IMG/VR virus record: IMGVR_UViG_3300022917_000008
Location: 64,001 to 128,000 of that record
Strand: one strand, 5' to 3'
From: a virus
Lineage: Duplodnaviria; Caudoviricetes
DNA: 64,000 nucleotides
The position numbers and the translations under genes are program-made. Below the pieces are notes generated by a model, which did not search any database, was not told the DNA's origin, and saw only the letters and a list, made by a program, of their open reading frames with translations. This document shows, in pieces, positions 24,138 to 35,025 of the stretch; the stretch's first letter is position 1, and each line of letters starts with the position of its first letter.

Positions 24138-24857
24138 ATGAAGTTTATTGAAAGTACACACAAGTACATTGACGAGGAAGAGAAAGAATATGCCCCAGTT
24201 ACATCTCTACTGAAGAGTTTTCAGGAGAAGGTGGATTGGGATGCAGTAGCAACCAAGAAAGCTAAGAAGGATGGCACAACTAAGGAGGCCTTACTTGCTC
24301 AATGGGCAGACAAGAGAGATAGGGCAGCAGAGAGGGGTACAGCTTACCATAAGCAGAAGGAAGAGGAGTTACTAGGCTATCCCAATGTTGTTGGATACCA
24401 TACAGATCATAGTGGGATTAAGTCTGATGCTGACATGAAGTTAGAGGAAGGCCTGATCTATGTGGAGAAGATGATATGGTCCAAGAAGTATAAGGTGTGT
24501 GGTACAGCAGACTTGGTTGAAGTAGTCAATGGAAAGATCAATATTAAAGACTACAAGACAAATGAAAAGTTGGATTTCGAGTCATGGAAACACCCAAGAA
24601 ATGGATCAAAAAGGCTCCTCTATCCAGTTCAACACCTGGATGACTGCAATTTCAACCTATACCAGCTTCAGGTTAACTGCTATATGTATATGCTACTCCA
24701 GCACAATAGGCACCTTAAGATGGGAGAGATGGAAATCCTCCACGTAGTGTTTGATGAGAACAAGCAGCACAAGGAAACAAGAGTATACCCAGCTATGAAC
24801 TTCCAGAGAGATGTGAAGAACATGTTGGAACAACATCTAAAAACCAGGCATGCTTAG
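24138..24857 (+). CDS. PD-(D/E)XK (RecB/Cas4-like) nuclease
   Basis: GTAYH...E...CGTADL...IKDYKT...YQLQVNCY. Confidence 0.85.
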   Translation: MKFIESTHKYIDEEEKEYAPVTSLLKSFQEKVDWDAVATKKAKKDGTTKEALLAQWADKRDRAAERGTAYHKQKEEELLGYPNVVGYHTDHSGIKSDADMKLEEGLIYVEKMIWSKKYKVCGTADLVEVVNGKINIKDYKTNEKLDFESWKHPRNGSKRLLYPVQHLDDCNFNLYQLQVNCYMYMLLQHNRHLKMGEMEILHVVFDENKQHKETRVYPAMNFQRDVKNMLEQHLKTRHA

Positions 24858-25356
24858 TATAAGAATATTTGAGGCAGTAGATGGGAAACTAGTGATCACT
24901 GATCAATGTCTGAGGATACCCCAGTTGAAAGCTGTGTATGATAGTCAGAAAGACCCTATACCCGCTTTCAATTACATAGACTGGATGACAGCCCCAGATA
25001 GTCCCTATTCAAGATTACCTGAAGAGGAGAAGCTACAAATGATCTCTGAGGATGCAGGAGGTGACTTTGAGGTGGATGATGAACTGATAACAGCTGCCAT
25101 AGACAAGCTCAATGCTTTATATGTAACTCCCACAAAGAGGTACTATGAAGCTGTGAAGAAGTCTCTGGATATAACTAGTGAGCAGTTATCCAACATTACC
25201 CAGATCACATATGGTAAGGATGGTAATGCAGAGATGATAGACAAGATGCAGATGAATGCAGGCAAGAAGATTGAAGCATTCAAGAAGCTAGAGAAGATAA
25301 CTGAGGAGGAGATAAAGGTTGTCCTGCGTGGTAAAGCGCAAAGTGGCATGTACTAA
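24850..25356 (+). CDS. conserved phage protein, possible terminase small subunit
   Basis: Directly upstream of TerL; helical. Confidence 0.5.
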   Translation: MLSIRIFEAVDGKLVITDQCLRIPQLKAVYDSQKDPIPAFNYIDWMTAPDSPYSRLPEEEKLQMISEDAGGDFEVDDELITAAIDKLNALYVTPTKRYYEAVKKSLDITSEQLSNITQITYGKDGNAEMIDKMQMNAGKKIEAFKKLEKITEEEIKVVLRGKAQSGMY

Positions 25357-25358
25357 GT

Positions 25359-27521
25359 ATGTATGAATATCCATTAGAGGTAAAAACCTATACCAAAGAG
25401 ACTGATGCATGGTCTTCTACTACCTTCAGTACTAAGCAGGAGCACATAGAGTTTGTTAGGAACTGTGTAAAGCTACCTGGGGAGTACAGGCTGAAAGGTA
25501 CAAAGAAATGGACTGAGCAGTACACTAACTTCAAAAAGGAAGGTCTGTACACTCCACATGTTCCTAACTCTCGTCAATGGGAGAAGTACTGGCAGGAGGA
25601 GATACATAAGGTCAAGCATGGTGTAATCATAGATGGATGGTACATACCTGGCTTCTACTACTTTTATCTGAACTTCATGGAGATATTCGTGAAGGAGAAG
25701 AGAACTGTACTAGGGCCATCAGTGTGGGATTCTGACTATCACTTCATGATGTACATTATGAGGTGTATACTGGAAGGGCATCATGCAGTTGTAGTTAAGA
25801 CCAGACAAAGAGGATACTCATACAAGATTATGGCCATATTATACTGGTCATATTGCTGGTTCCAGGGAGCAGTGAACACACTAGGGGCATCAGACAAGTC
25901 TTATGTGCAGAAGACATGGGGCTATGTAGAGTCATTCAGGAACTTCATTAACACCAAAACTCCTTGGCTGAGGGGGCCACAAATCCCAAAAGCATTGGAA
26001 TGGGCTGAGAGGAAGCTGGATGAGAATGGTAACTATGTGGGTAATGACTCAATTCTAAGGGGCATATCCTTCCAACAATCACCAACTAAGGGTGTAGGTG
26101 GATACCAATCATTCTTCTTCTATGAGGAAGCTGGTGTAGCTCCAAGCATGTTAGAGACTATAGAGTACATGCTACCTGCCTTAAGAGCAGGTAGAGAAGT
26201 AACAGGTACTATTATAGTCTCAGGCTCTGTAGGTGACCTTGAGGATTGTCAGGACCTAAAGACCCTATTTACTGATCCAGAGAAGTATGGCTTCCTAGGT
26301 GTACCCAATATCTGGGATGACAAACCAGATAGGACCACATGTGGGTTCTTTGTACCAGATAGTTGGTCCCTAGTTGGATTCATAGATGCTGATGGCAATT
26401 CCTTAGTTGCAGAAGCTGAAAGGGATATTAGAGCAGCTAGGGAAAAGGACAAGGAGAGTTTAAGGCCAGAAAAGTACCAATTAAGGGTGTCACAGAATCC
26501 TCTTAGTCCTGAAGAAGCATTTGCCTTCAGAAAGAGTTCTTACTTCCCTCAATGGTTAGTACAGAGACAAAAGGACAGACTAGCTGTAGAAAAGCCTAAA
26601 GACAAGCCTGTAGTACTGTTTGAGGATGATAATGGAGCAGTAAAGTTCAGGTTTGCAGATGAGAAGGACCCACTTCCAATTGAGAACTGGCCTCTCAAAG
26701 ATGCTCAGGATAAAAGGGGATGTGTAGTTATTAGTGAGTTTCCTGGGGATACACCTGATCCATTACTGTATTTTGCTGGGGTTGACCCTGTAGCAACTGA
26801 TGTTACTACCACTTCAGAGTCACTATTCTCAGTTACCATCTTCAAGAACCTCATAGAAACTAAGGTAGAGGATGATGAGGGTAATATAAAGATCAAACTA
26901 TCAGGTTTCAGGCCTGTAGCTAGGTATGTAGGTAGGATGGAAGATATCCCTAGTACCAATAAACAGGGAGAGATGTTGATTAGAATGTACAATGCAAGGG
27001 CTAATGTTGAGTCTAATGTACCTAACTTCATCAACCATATGCAACAGAAGGGTCTGCAGAGACACTTATTCTCAAAGAAGGAGATTGGATTCCTTGAAGA
27101 TATGAAGTTCAATGAGAATGTGCACAAGCAATATGGTACACATATGACTCCCAATGTCAAATCTTACATCTTACAGAACATCAAGGACTATATAACAGAG
27201 GAGTTGGACCACATCAGGAAGGAAAATGGGGAGGTAGTTAAGACTATCTATGGGATTGAGAGGATAACTGACCTGGGATTGTTGGAGGAACTAAAGGAAT
27301 ACAGAGATGGAGTCAATACTGACAGGCTTATTTCATTTGGTCTGGCACTATCTGTGGCAAAACACTATGCTGTGAATGGTGCCCTAGTTAGGAAAGATGA
27401 AACTAAGAAGAAAGATGAGGTAATGATGCCGCACAAAAGGTCATTCTTCAAGTCACTTGATCAGAACCTTAACTATTTGCCTGGATTAAAGCCCAGGTCT
27501 TTTTTCAAACACTTAGGCTAA
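25359..27521 (+). CDS. terL: terminase large subunit
   Basis: KTRQRGYS Walker A, FFYEEAG Walker B, AGVDPV RNase H-like motif, DRLISF. Confidence 0.93.
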   Translation: MYEYPLEVKTYTKETDAWSSTTFSTKQEHIEFVRNCVKLPGEYRLKGTKKWTEQYTNFKKEGLYTPHVPNSRQWEKYWQEEIHKVKHGVIIDGWYIPGFYYFYLNFMEIFVKEKRTVLGPSVWDSDYHFMMYIMRCILEGHHAVVVKTRQRGYSYKIMAILYWSYCWFQGAVNTLGASDKSYVQKTWGYVESFRNFINTKTPWLRGPQIPKALEWAERKLDENGNYVGNDSILRGISFQQSPTKGVGGYQSFFFYEEAGVAPSMLETIEYMLPALRAGREVTGTIIVSGSVGDLEDCQDLKTLFTDPEKYGFLGVPNIWDDKPDRTTCGFFVPDSWSLVGFIDADGNSLVAEAERDIRAAREKDKESLRPEKYQLRVSQNPLSPEEAFAFRKSSYFPQWLVQRQKDRLAVEKPKDKPVVLFEDDNGAVKFRFADEKDPLPIENWPLKDAQDKRGCVVISEFPGDTPDPLLYFAGVDPVATDVTTTSESLFSVTIFKNLIETKVEDDEGNIKIKLSGFRPVARYVGRMEDIPSTNKQGEMLIRMYNARANVESNVPNFINHMQQKGLQRHLFSKKEIGFLEDMKFNENVHKQYGTHMTPNVKSYILQNIKDYITEELDHIRKENGEVVKTIYGIERITDLGLLEELKEYRDGVNTDRLISFGLALSVAKHYAVNGALVRKDETKKKDEVMMPHKRSFFKSLDQNLNYLPGLKPRSFFKHLG

Positions 27522-30308
27522 ATGGCTAATTCAAAGAAAACAAAGAAGGGTGCAGTAGTATTAACTGCCAGAGACCTACTCAATGGGTATGTAGCTGGGG
27601 GATTAGACTACAACATATACAATATGACTCCTCTGCAGATGGTATCAGCAGATGAGAAGGATGAGGATTGGAAGAAATGGAACCTGGATTGGCTTGAAAG
27701 AGCAGGTATAAGACAGTTAATGAGGGAAAGTAGGAGACTGATCAAGAATTACCACCTTGCAAATGGTATCATAGACAAGTTTGACTACATGATAGGTCCA
27801 AACAATGATATGAGTGATCATATTGCAGTGATAGCTGAGGAGAATCAGAACACTATTCCTATCAGATTCTATCCCCTAATACCCAATGTAATCAACACAA
27901 TGGTGTCTGAGCATGCAAAGAGGGACAATAGGATCATTGCTAAGCAAGTGGATGAGCAATACTACAATGAGATGAATGAGCAGAAGATGGGTGATCTAAC
28001 TCAAATCCTTGTAGCTAGAGCTGAACAGAAGCAAATAGAGAGATTCCAGGAGATGGGCATTGACCTAAGTGATCCTGAGATGCAACAACAGGTTCAGCAA
28101 CAGCTGGATACTGCTAAGCAACTAGCTGAATTGGAGGTCAAATACAAGAACTACAGGGGTATAGCAGAGCAATGGGCTAATCATATGATAGCATATGATG
28201 ATGCTAGGTTTGACATGTACAATCTTGACAACTTGGGCTTTAGAGATTCCCTGGTTTGTGATAGAGAGTTCTGGCATATCAGGCTACTGGATGATGATTA
28301 CAAGGTGGAACTATGGAATCCAGTTACTACATTCTATCACAAGAGTCCTGAGACCTATTACATCTCTGAAGGCAACTATGTAGGTAGAATACTACTAATG
28401 TCCATTCCAGATGTAATTGATCTATTTGGGGATAAGATGACTGAGGAACAGATAACAGAGCTAAAGAATGGCTACAGGATCATTAATCACCTTCCCTTAG
28501 TTGATGACGCATATAGAGATCAGTACAACTTCTATACCAACTATGGACAGCCTTATCCGAAGAACATACAGAATGTAACCTGGGGGCAATCCATTGATGG
28601 TAAGTTTGTTAAGAGTATGGGACAACCTACTACTCCTGATAACAATGCATTCAACATGTCATGGCATGATCTAGGTAAGATCACTAGTGACTACTTTAGT
28701 ACACTGGAAGGTCCAGGTATGGTAAGAGTGACTGAGGCCTATTGGAGGTCCCAGGTCAAGGTCTTTAAGTTGACTAGAATAACTAAGGAAGGGGACATCA
28801 TAAAGACTATTGTGGATGAGAATTATATAGTCAGTGAACCACCTGTTTATGACAAGAGTATACACCAAGTAGAGAGTGCAGACAATCTCATTTCAGGAGA
28901 ACATCTGGATGCCACATGGATTAACCAGACGAGGTATGGAGTAAAGATAAATAGTTCCTTAAGCACCTACTACACAAGAAACTACACTAACTTTGATCCA
29001 ATATACATAGGAGGTGATCCTATTCCCTTTGAATTCAAGGGGCAGGGGAACCTCTATGGGTGCAAGTTGCCAGTAGAAGGTAAGATATATAGTGAAAGGA
29101 ACTCCTATTCCAGTAGTATGGTAGATAAGATGAAGAGCTACCAGATTCAATACAACATCTTCAATAACCAAATACTGGAGATGACAGCTGATGAAGTAGG
29201 TAGTGTGTTCATGATAGACCAGAACATGATACCTCGTAACTCGCTGAATGGGGAATGGGGCAAGTACAACTACCCAATGTTCCATCAAGTGATGAAGGAG
29301 TACAACATTGCCCCAGTTGATACAAGTGTTATCAATACTGGTGTAGGTACTAACTTTCAGCACTTCCAGGTAGTGGACCTTACAAAGACACAACAAATAC
29401 TTAGTAGGATACAGCTAGCTGAATGGGCTAAGACACAATGCTATGAAGTAGTAGGAATAACTAAGGAGAGGCAGGGTAATATAGCTGCATCATCATCTGC
29501 AACTGGGGTACAACAAGCAGTGCAGAACAGTTATGCTCAGACAGAGATATACTTTGATCAGCACATGAATGACCTGATGCCTAGAGTTAGACAGATGATG
29601 TTAGACGCTGCTCAATTCATTAGTGCTACTAAGCCTCAAAGTAAGATCACTTACCTGAATAGTGACGACCAGAATGTATTCTTTGAGATCGAAGGGTACA
29701 GACTACTTATGGCTGACTTCAGGGTGTATGCAAGGAGCACAGCTGATATTAAGGCTACTGTAGAGCAACTAAGGAAACTGGCAGTGGAGAACAATACTGC
29801 AGGTGGTTCCCTATATGAGATAGCACAGATGTTAACTATGCAGAGTCCAGCTGAGATCATGTCTAAACTGAAGGAAGCAGATGAGAAGAGACAACAACAG
29901 GCACAAGCTCAGAATGATCATGAGATGATGCTACAACAACAACAGCAACAGTTCCTTGAGAAAGAAGAAGAGAAGAAGGGTGCAAGACAGGATTACTGGG
30001 AAGCTAAGAAGCTTGAAACAGAGATACTTGTGGCTCAGATTAGGGCATCACAGAGTAAATCCAATGATGTCAATGGTAATGGTGTACCTGATCCTCTTGA
30101 GGCTCTGGATATACTTGAACAGCAGAAAGTCAATGCTGCAGCTATTCTGAACAACCAACAGAAGTTGGACCTGGATGAGAAGCAACACAATGACAATATC
30201 AACCTTCAAAGGGAGAAGTTGCAGGTTGAAAGAGACAAGATGGCATCAGATCAGAAGATTGAGGCCATGAAAGCCAAGGCACAGAAGAATAAGCCAAAGG
30301 CTAAATAA
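27522..30308 (+). CDS. portal protein
   Basis: 928 aa after TerL; FYPLIPNVIN and GITKERQG motifs; Gln-rich coiled-coil C-terminus. Confidence 0.88.
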   Translation: MANSKKTKKGAVVLTARDLLNGYVAGGLDYNIYNMTPLQMVSADEKDEDWKKWNLDWLERAGIRQLMRESRRLIKNYHLANGIIDKFDYMIGPNNDMSDHIAVIAEENQNTIPIRFYPLIPNVINTMVSEHAKRDNRIIAKQVDEQYYNEMNEQKMGDLTQILVARAEQKQIERFQEMGIDLSDPEMQQQVQQQLDTAKQLAELEVKYKNYRGIAEQWANHMIAYDDARFDMYNLDNLGFRDSLVCDREFWHIRLLDDDYKVELWNPVTTFYHKSPETYYISEGNYVGRILLMSIPDVIDLFGDKMTEEQITELKNGYRIINHLPLVDDAYRDQYNFYTNYGQPYPKNIQNVTWGQSIDGKFVKSMGQPTTPDNNAFNMSWHDLGKITSDYFSTLEGPGMVRVTEAYWRSQVKVFKLTRITKEGDIIKTIVDENYIVSEPPVYDKSIHQVESADNLISGEHLDATWINQTRYGVKINSSLSTYYTRNYTNFDPIYIGGDPIPFEFKGQGNLYGCKLPVEGKIYSERNSYSSSMVDKMKSYQIQYNIFNNQILEMTADEVGSVFMIDQNMIPRNSLNGEWGKYNYPMFHQVMKEYNIAPVDTSVINTGVGTNFQHFQVVDLTKTQQILSRIQLAEWAKTQCYEVVGITKERQGNIAASSSATGVQQAVQNSYAQTEIYFDQHMNDLMPRVRQMMLDAAQFISATKPQSKITYLNSDDQNVFFEIEGYRLLMADFRVYARSTADIKATVEQLRKLAVENNTAGGSLYEIAQMLTMQSPAEIMSKLKEADEKRQQQAQAQNDHEMMLQQQQQQFLEKEEEKKGARQDYWEAKKLETEILVAQIRASQSKSNDVNGNGVPDPLEALDILEQQKVNAAAILNNQQKLDLDEKQHNDNINLQREKLQVERDKMASDQKIEAMKAKAQKNKPKAK

Positions 30309-30409
30309 CTATGTGATCACCAGAATTAGGCCAAAATAACTTTACAGATTTGGAATTGATCTAACTATTCAATACAATTATACTGTAGAACTCTAAAAAC
30401 CAAATAGAT

Positions 30410-31636
30410 ATGCCAGAGATTTTAACTGACGAGCAGGCAGCTGCTATATGGTCAGGACAAACAACGAGTCTACTAGGGCTTGAGCCAGAGAAGAAAGTGG
30501 ATACTCCACCACCACCTGTTACAAAGCAAGAGGAGCCTCCTAAGGAACCTGTAACAACAGTAGTAAAGGATGAAGACCTTGCTAATGTGTTCCATGAGGA
30601 TGAAGAGGAAGAAGTGGAGGAACAAGAAACCCCACCTGCAACCCCTGCAAATGCTCCTCCTGCAGAGAAGAAGCCAGGGAGAAAGGCTTCAGATTTAGTA
30701 ACTGGGGTTAACCAGATGATTGAAGAAGGCCTACTCCTTGCAGCAGATGATGGACAAGGGGGTATAGTAGAGATCAAAACTATTGAAGATGCCAAAAAGC
30801 TCATTAAGTCAAACCTGGAACACAGACAGGAACAGGATGAGGAACAGTGGTGGGAGTCAAAAAAGAAAGCCTACAGTCCACAAGTACAGGCAGTACTGCA
30901 TTATGCAGACCAAGGTGCCCAGAGTGCTAGTGAAGTGATAGAGCTGCTAGGTGCAATCAGGGAAGTAGAAGAAGCTGCTGAGATTGATATCAAGACCCCA
31001 GCTGGAGCTGAGAAGGCTGTCAGAGAGACATATAGGTCCAAAGGATTCAAGGATGCTTATATAGACAAGCAGATAAACATACTCAAGGACCTGGGAGGAA
31101 GTAGACTCCAGGAAGAAGCTGCAGATTTATATCCTGAGCTTTTAGCCTCAAAACAGGCCCTAGTTGAGAAGAGTATGACAGAAAAGGAACAGAGAAGACA
31201 AGAGGCTGAAGAAGCAAGTAAGGTCTATGTTTCTACAATAAGAAAGACCCTTGACAAAGATGTTATTGGGGCTGTAAAGCTAACCAGAGAGGACAAGGCT
31301 AAGTTGTATGAAGCAATCACATTGCCTAAATACCAGTCCCTTAATGGATCAAAGACCAATCTCTTTGTGAAGACACTGGAAGAACTCCAGTTTGGCAATA
31401 ATGCCAACTATGATCATTACATGAATGTGGTACAGTTTGCTATAGACCCTCAAGGGTTCATAGATAAGTTGAAGACCTCAGTTACTAATACAGTGACTGA
31501 AGAGACCTTCAAGAAGCTGAAGACAGCTAAGGCAACATCTGCTACCACAAACAATGATGATGCAAACAACAGAACACAAGTAGGCAGAACAAATAAAACA
31601 CTCCCTAGTAAAGGATTTGTAAACCCCTACTCCTAA
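30410..31636 (+). CDS. crAss-type scaffold/capsid-associated protein
   Basis: Acidic low-complexity N-terminus; located between portal and MCP. Confidence 0.6.
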   Translation: MPEILTDEQAAAIWSGQTTSLLGLEPEKKVDTPPPPVTKQEEPPKEPVTTVVKDEDLANVFHEDEEEEVEEQETPPATPANAPPAEKKPGRKASDLVTGVNQMIEEGLLLAADDGQGGIVEIKTIEDAKKLIKSNLEHRQEQDEEQWWESKKKAYSPQVQAVLHYADQGAQSASEVIELLGAIREVEEAAEIDIKTPAGAEKAVRETYRSKGFKDAYIDKQINILKDLGGSRLQEEAADLYPELLASKQALVEKSMTEKEQRRQEAEEASKVYVSTIRKTLDKDVIGAVKLTREDKAKLYEAITLPKYQSLNGSKTNLFVKTLEELQFGNNANYDHYMNVVQFAIDPQGFIDKLKTSVTNTVTEETFKKLKTAKATSATTNNDDANNRTQVGRTNKTLPSKGFVNPYS

Positions 31637-31660
31637 TTAGATTAAATCCCCTTATAAGAT

Positions 31661-33295
31661 ATGAGTACACCAGTAATTAATAATGGTATATTCTACAGAC
31701 AGACACAGTTCGACATGAGGTCCCACATGGCTAAGAACTATCTGCCATTCATGAATGTAGATAAGGTCACTGACCTTGGTCCTGTAGAGTATTGGGCAAT
31801 GACTAGAAAGTCAGAGATGCCATTATATAAGATGTCTAGCTTTGGAGGTAAGAACATTGTTGAGATTGATGGCAATGTAGCTAGATTCCAAGTCCCAGTG
31901 TCAATGGATGATACTGTTGAAATAGTAGCAGATATTACTACTGTTGACAAGCCTGGACTTGATGGAATGAAGTTTGAAATCCTTGTGTCTACAGACAGAT
32001 TTGGATATGGAGACATTCTGAAGTTCTCTCAGTTCTCCAACTTCCAGATGGTAGTAACACCTGATCCAATCAGGCAGAAAGGTGAAGCCTTCATCTACAC
32101 AGTTAAGATTCCTGACAATGGGTATGTTAAGTACCTAGACAAGAAGTATCTTGTTCCTGGAGTTAGAATTGGTAAGTATGGCTCTGTAATGTCCCCTGAG
32201 TTTGGACAGTACTATAGCTCATGGAAGTACAGTGGAGTAGGTGAAAGGGAGTACATCATCAAGATTGGTGAAGCTGTAGCCCAGACCTCTTACTGGATTT
32301 CAAACAAGGCTAATGAACATGGCATCTCAGTAGACAATTACAGGAAAGTAATTGAATACGTACAGATTGATGGTACTGGTGATCCCACTGTACCTGAACT
32401 GACTAAGTACATGGAAAGTGTTGGCATGAGCCCACTTGACCTTAAGGCTAGGGTAGACTCTGGTGAAGCCAGGATGAAGTTTGCCTTTGCTATGGATGAT
32501 ATCTCAATGAGAATCCTAGCTAGGGACTATGAGAATCAGCTTATGTGGGGTACTGGTGGTAGAATACTACTGGATGGACAGGATGAAGTTGATCTGCCTA
32601 CAGGATTGTGGCAACAACTGAGTGCTGGTTACATTCACGTGTACAACTATGCCAACTTCTCTAAGTACATGTTTATCAATGCCTACCACAACTACTTCCT
32701 TGGTAAGAGAGACTATGTCACTCCTGGAAGTGAGCCTACTGTTGAAATTGAAACAGGATGGGGTGGAATGGTACTGGTAAATGAGATGATTGCTAAGGAA
32801 ACAAACAGCAACTCATTTGTACTGGATGGCCAGAAACTAGGGGTTGTTACAGGTAATGCCTTCAATCTTGGATTTGGTCTATGGTACAATGAACTGACTC
32901 TGCCTGGTCTTGTAAGGCTGAAGTTCAGATACAACCCTGCTTTTGATGTTATCAACAAGAATGATGTGGACAATCCTAAGATTGCTACAGGTTACAACCT
33001 GTCTTCTTACTCCTTCATCATGTATGATGTTGATGACTTCTCTAACAACGTACAGTTGTTAAGGAACAACAAGGCTAAGGTTAAGATGATCATACAGAAT
33101 GGTAGAGATACCCACCCTCTTGGTGAAATGGGTAATGGAGGAACTTCTAAGTTCTTTGCTCAGAGCAGAAAGTCAGGGTTTGGTGTAGCATTCGAAAGAC
33201 CTTATGATGCTATTAGAGTTATTGACCCAACTAGAGTACTGAAGATTGTTATGAGGAACCCCTTCACAGGATTGCCTTTTGGAGGCCTGGTGTAA
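31661..33295 (+). CDS. major capsid protein
   Basis: Synteny; ENQLMWG...GLWQQL; followed by a strong terminator. Confidence 0.82.
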   Translation: MSTPVINNGIFYRQTQFDMRSHMAKNYLPFMNVDKVTDLGPVEYWAMTRKSEMPLYKMSSFGGKNIVEIDGNVARFQVPVSMDDTVEIVADITTVDKPGLDGMKFEILVSTDRFGYGDILKFSQFSNFQMVVTPDPIRQKGEAFIYTVKIPDNGYVKYLDKKYLVPGVRIGKYGSVMSPEFGQYYSSWKYSGVGEREYIIKIGEAVAQTSYWISNKANEHGISVDNYRKVIEYVQIDGTGDPTVPELTKYMESVGMSPLDLKARVDSGEARMKFAFAMDDISMRILARDYENQLMWGTGGRILLDGQDEVDLPTGLWQQLSAGYIHVYNYANFSKYMFINAYHNYFLGKRDYVTPGSEPTVEIETGWGGMVLVNEMIAKETNSNSFVLDGQKLGVVTGNAFNLGFGLWYNELTLPGLVRLKFRYNPAFDVINKNDVDNPKIATGYNLSSYSFIMYDVDDFSNNVQLLRNNKAKVKMIIQNGRDTHPLGEMGNGGTSKFFAQSRKSGFGVAFERPYDAIRVIDPTRVLKIVMRNPFTGLPFGGLV

Positions 33296-33319
33296 TAGTC
33301 TTATATTTGATACACATAC

Positions 33320-33349
33320 AGGGGAGATGTGCAGAGTCTCCCCCTTTTT
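33320..33349 (+). terminator. intrinsic terminator after MCP
   Basis: GGGGAGA...TCTCCCC followed by a T tract. Confidence 0.75.
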
Positions 33350-33364
33350 CAAAAAACCCACATT

Positions 33365-34291
33365 ATGAGTGATAGATCAATAAGCATTCAATACCTTCCA
33401 TTCCAGGAGGAGAATGATCCAACTAAGCAGTTACAGGCAGGACTATTCCTGTTCCCTGGATTTGAGAGAAGATTAGAGCCTGCTACAAGGCCATCATCAG
33501 GAGGAAAAGTAAGGTTCATCACTGGGCTAGACCCCAATGATTATCCTGAATCAGAGAGAGAAGAGGTTGTACAAGTGAAGAAAGAGTTAGAGGACTACTT
33601 TGGTGCAGACCACATGGACCCCACTAACATTCAGTTTTGGACAGACAAATCTCTCGTCATAAACAAGAAGACTACATTCTTGAATATGAATAAGCCTGAA
33701 GACAAGCTTACATTCTACATGATCAAGGGGGGAGCCTTCAAAGAGATTGCTCCTTCATATGAAAAAGCTACAGACAGTGCAGTACCTCTTAGATGGTACT
33801 TGATTGATGCTAAAGAGTATGCAGAGGTAGGTGTAGCTGATGACAGAAAGATTAACAAGGCAATTGCTGCACTTGAAGCTATTGATGAAGACAAGAGGTT
33901 AGAAGACATCTTCATTATCCACAAGGTACTAGTATCCTCAGATAGAGGAATCACACTAAGGACTCCAAGGGGGATGATGTACAAAGACCTATCAGACTTC
34001 ATACATGGTAAGATAGTCAAGACTAATAAGAAGTTGACACCAAAGCAATTCCTTGATGCAGTTGAATTATTGAAGAAGGACAAGAAGGCACTCTATATTT
34101 CAGCCTACTTGAAAGAAGGTAACTACTTCAACTTCCTTACTACAGCTGATGACAATCAGATAAAGAACATACAAACAGGAACCAAGTATGGTGGTTCCTT
34201 AGATAGGGCAGCCAGGTTCCTTGCAAGTCCAGCTAATCAAAGTGAGCTGGAAAACTTGAAGGAGCAGGTTGAGAAAAAATGGAACCAGTAA
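33365..34291 (+). CDS. conserved crAss-like protein downstream of MCP
   Basis: Synteny; start reassigned to ATG 33365. Confidence 0.65.
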   Translation: MSDRSISIQYLPFQEENDPTKQLQAGLFLFPGFERRLEPATRPSSGGKVRFITGLDPNDYPESEREEVVQVKKELEDYFGADHMDPTNIQFWTDKSLVINKKTTFLNMNKPEDKLTFYMIKGGAFKEIAPSYEKATDSAVPLRWYLIDAKEYAEVGVADDRKINKAIAALEAIDEDKRLEDIFIIHKVLVSSDRGITLRTPRGMMYKDLSDFIHGKIVKTNKKLTPKQFLDAVELLKKDKKALYISAYLKEGNYFNFLTTADDNQIKNIQTGTKYGGSLDRAARFLASPANQSELENLKEQVEKKWNQ

Positions 34292-34292
34292 A

Positions 34293-34988
34293 ATGACACC
34301 ACAACTTGTCCTTATAAAGACCAGACTAAGGCTTAACAAACTGCATAGTAGTGACTATGACAACATACCAGATTGGCAGGTCATGGAAGCAGTTAACAAA
34401 GCACAGCTAGAATGGTTTAGAAGACAAGTACATGGGTCAAATGTAAGGCAGGAAGGTGATGAAGAGAGTAGAGTGAGAGTGGATGACCTTCAGAAGTTCC
34501 TTGTAGAAAAGAGGGTAAATGGGGCAGACAAGAAGGGATACTTCGAGACTGACACATTACCTACTAACTACCTCTGGTTTAAGAAAGTTCTTCCCTATGC
34601 TTCCAAAGACACTTGTCAGGGAATCCTCCTTGATAGTACACTGATAGAAGAGGCAAATGTGCCTGTCTATCTGTTTGACTGGAGTCTCAGTCCTTCATTT
34701 GAGTGGAGACAAACATTCCACACCTTACTTGGCAACAAACTAAGGGTTTATACAAATGATGACTTCCAGGTGGACTATGTGCAGTTGACCTATTACAGAG
34801 CCCCCAAAAAGGTGGATGTAGCTGGGTATACACATGAAGATGCTACAGCCTCCAAGGATTCAGACCTTGAATTTAAGGATGATATAGCAGAGTTGATACT
34901 GGATGATGCAGTCTCCATACTGGCAGCAGACACTGAGTATTTAACTCAGATGCAAGCAGCAAAGCAAAGGGCTGAGGAAAACACCTAA
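34293..34988 (+). CDS. head-tail adaptor/ring protein
   Basis: NKAQLEW...RVDDLQ...LTYYRAP...ELILDDAV. Confidence 0.7.
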   Translation: MTPQLVLIKTRLRLNKLHSSDYDNIPDWQVMEAVNKAQLEWFRRQVHGSNVRQEGDEESRVRVDDLQKFLVEKRVNGADKKGYFETDTLPTNYLWFKKVLPYASKDTCQGILLDSTLIEEANVPVYLFDWSLSPSFEWRQTFHTLLGNKLRVYTNDDFQVDYVQLTYYRAPKKVDVAGYTHEDATASKDSDLEFKDDIAELILDDAVSILAADTEYLTQMQAAKQRAEENT

Positions 34989-35025
34989 GATTCGATTTTA
35001 CATAACAACAAAACTTTAACAAGTT

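Noticed and set aside
24138-24857. Cas4/CRISPR system
   Set aside because: No repeat-spacer array or other cas genes; this is a stand-alone phage PD-(D/E)XK nuclease.
33329-33364. GTG start at 33329
   Set aside because: It lies inside the post-MCP terminator hairpin; ATG 33365 is preferred.
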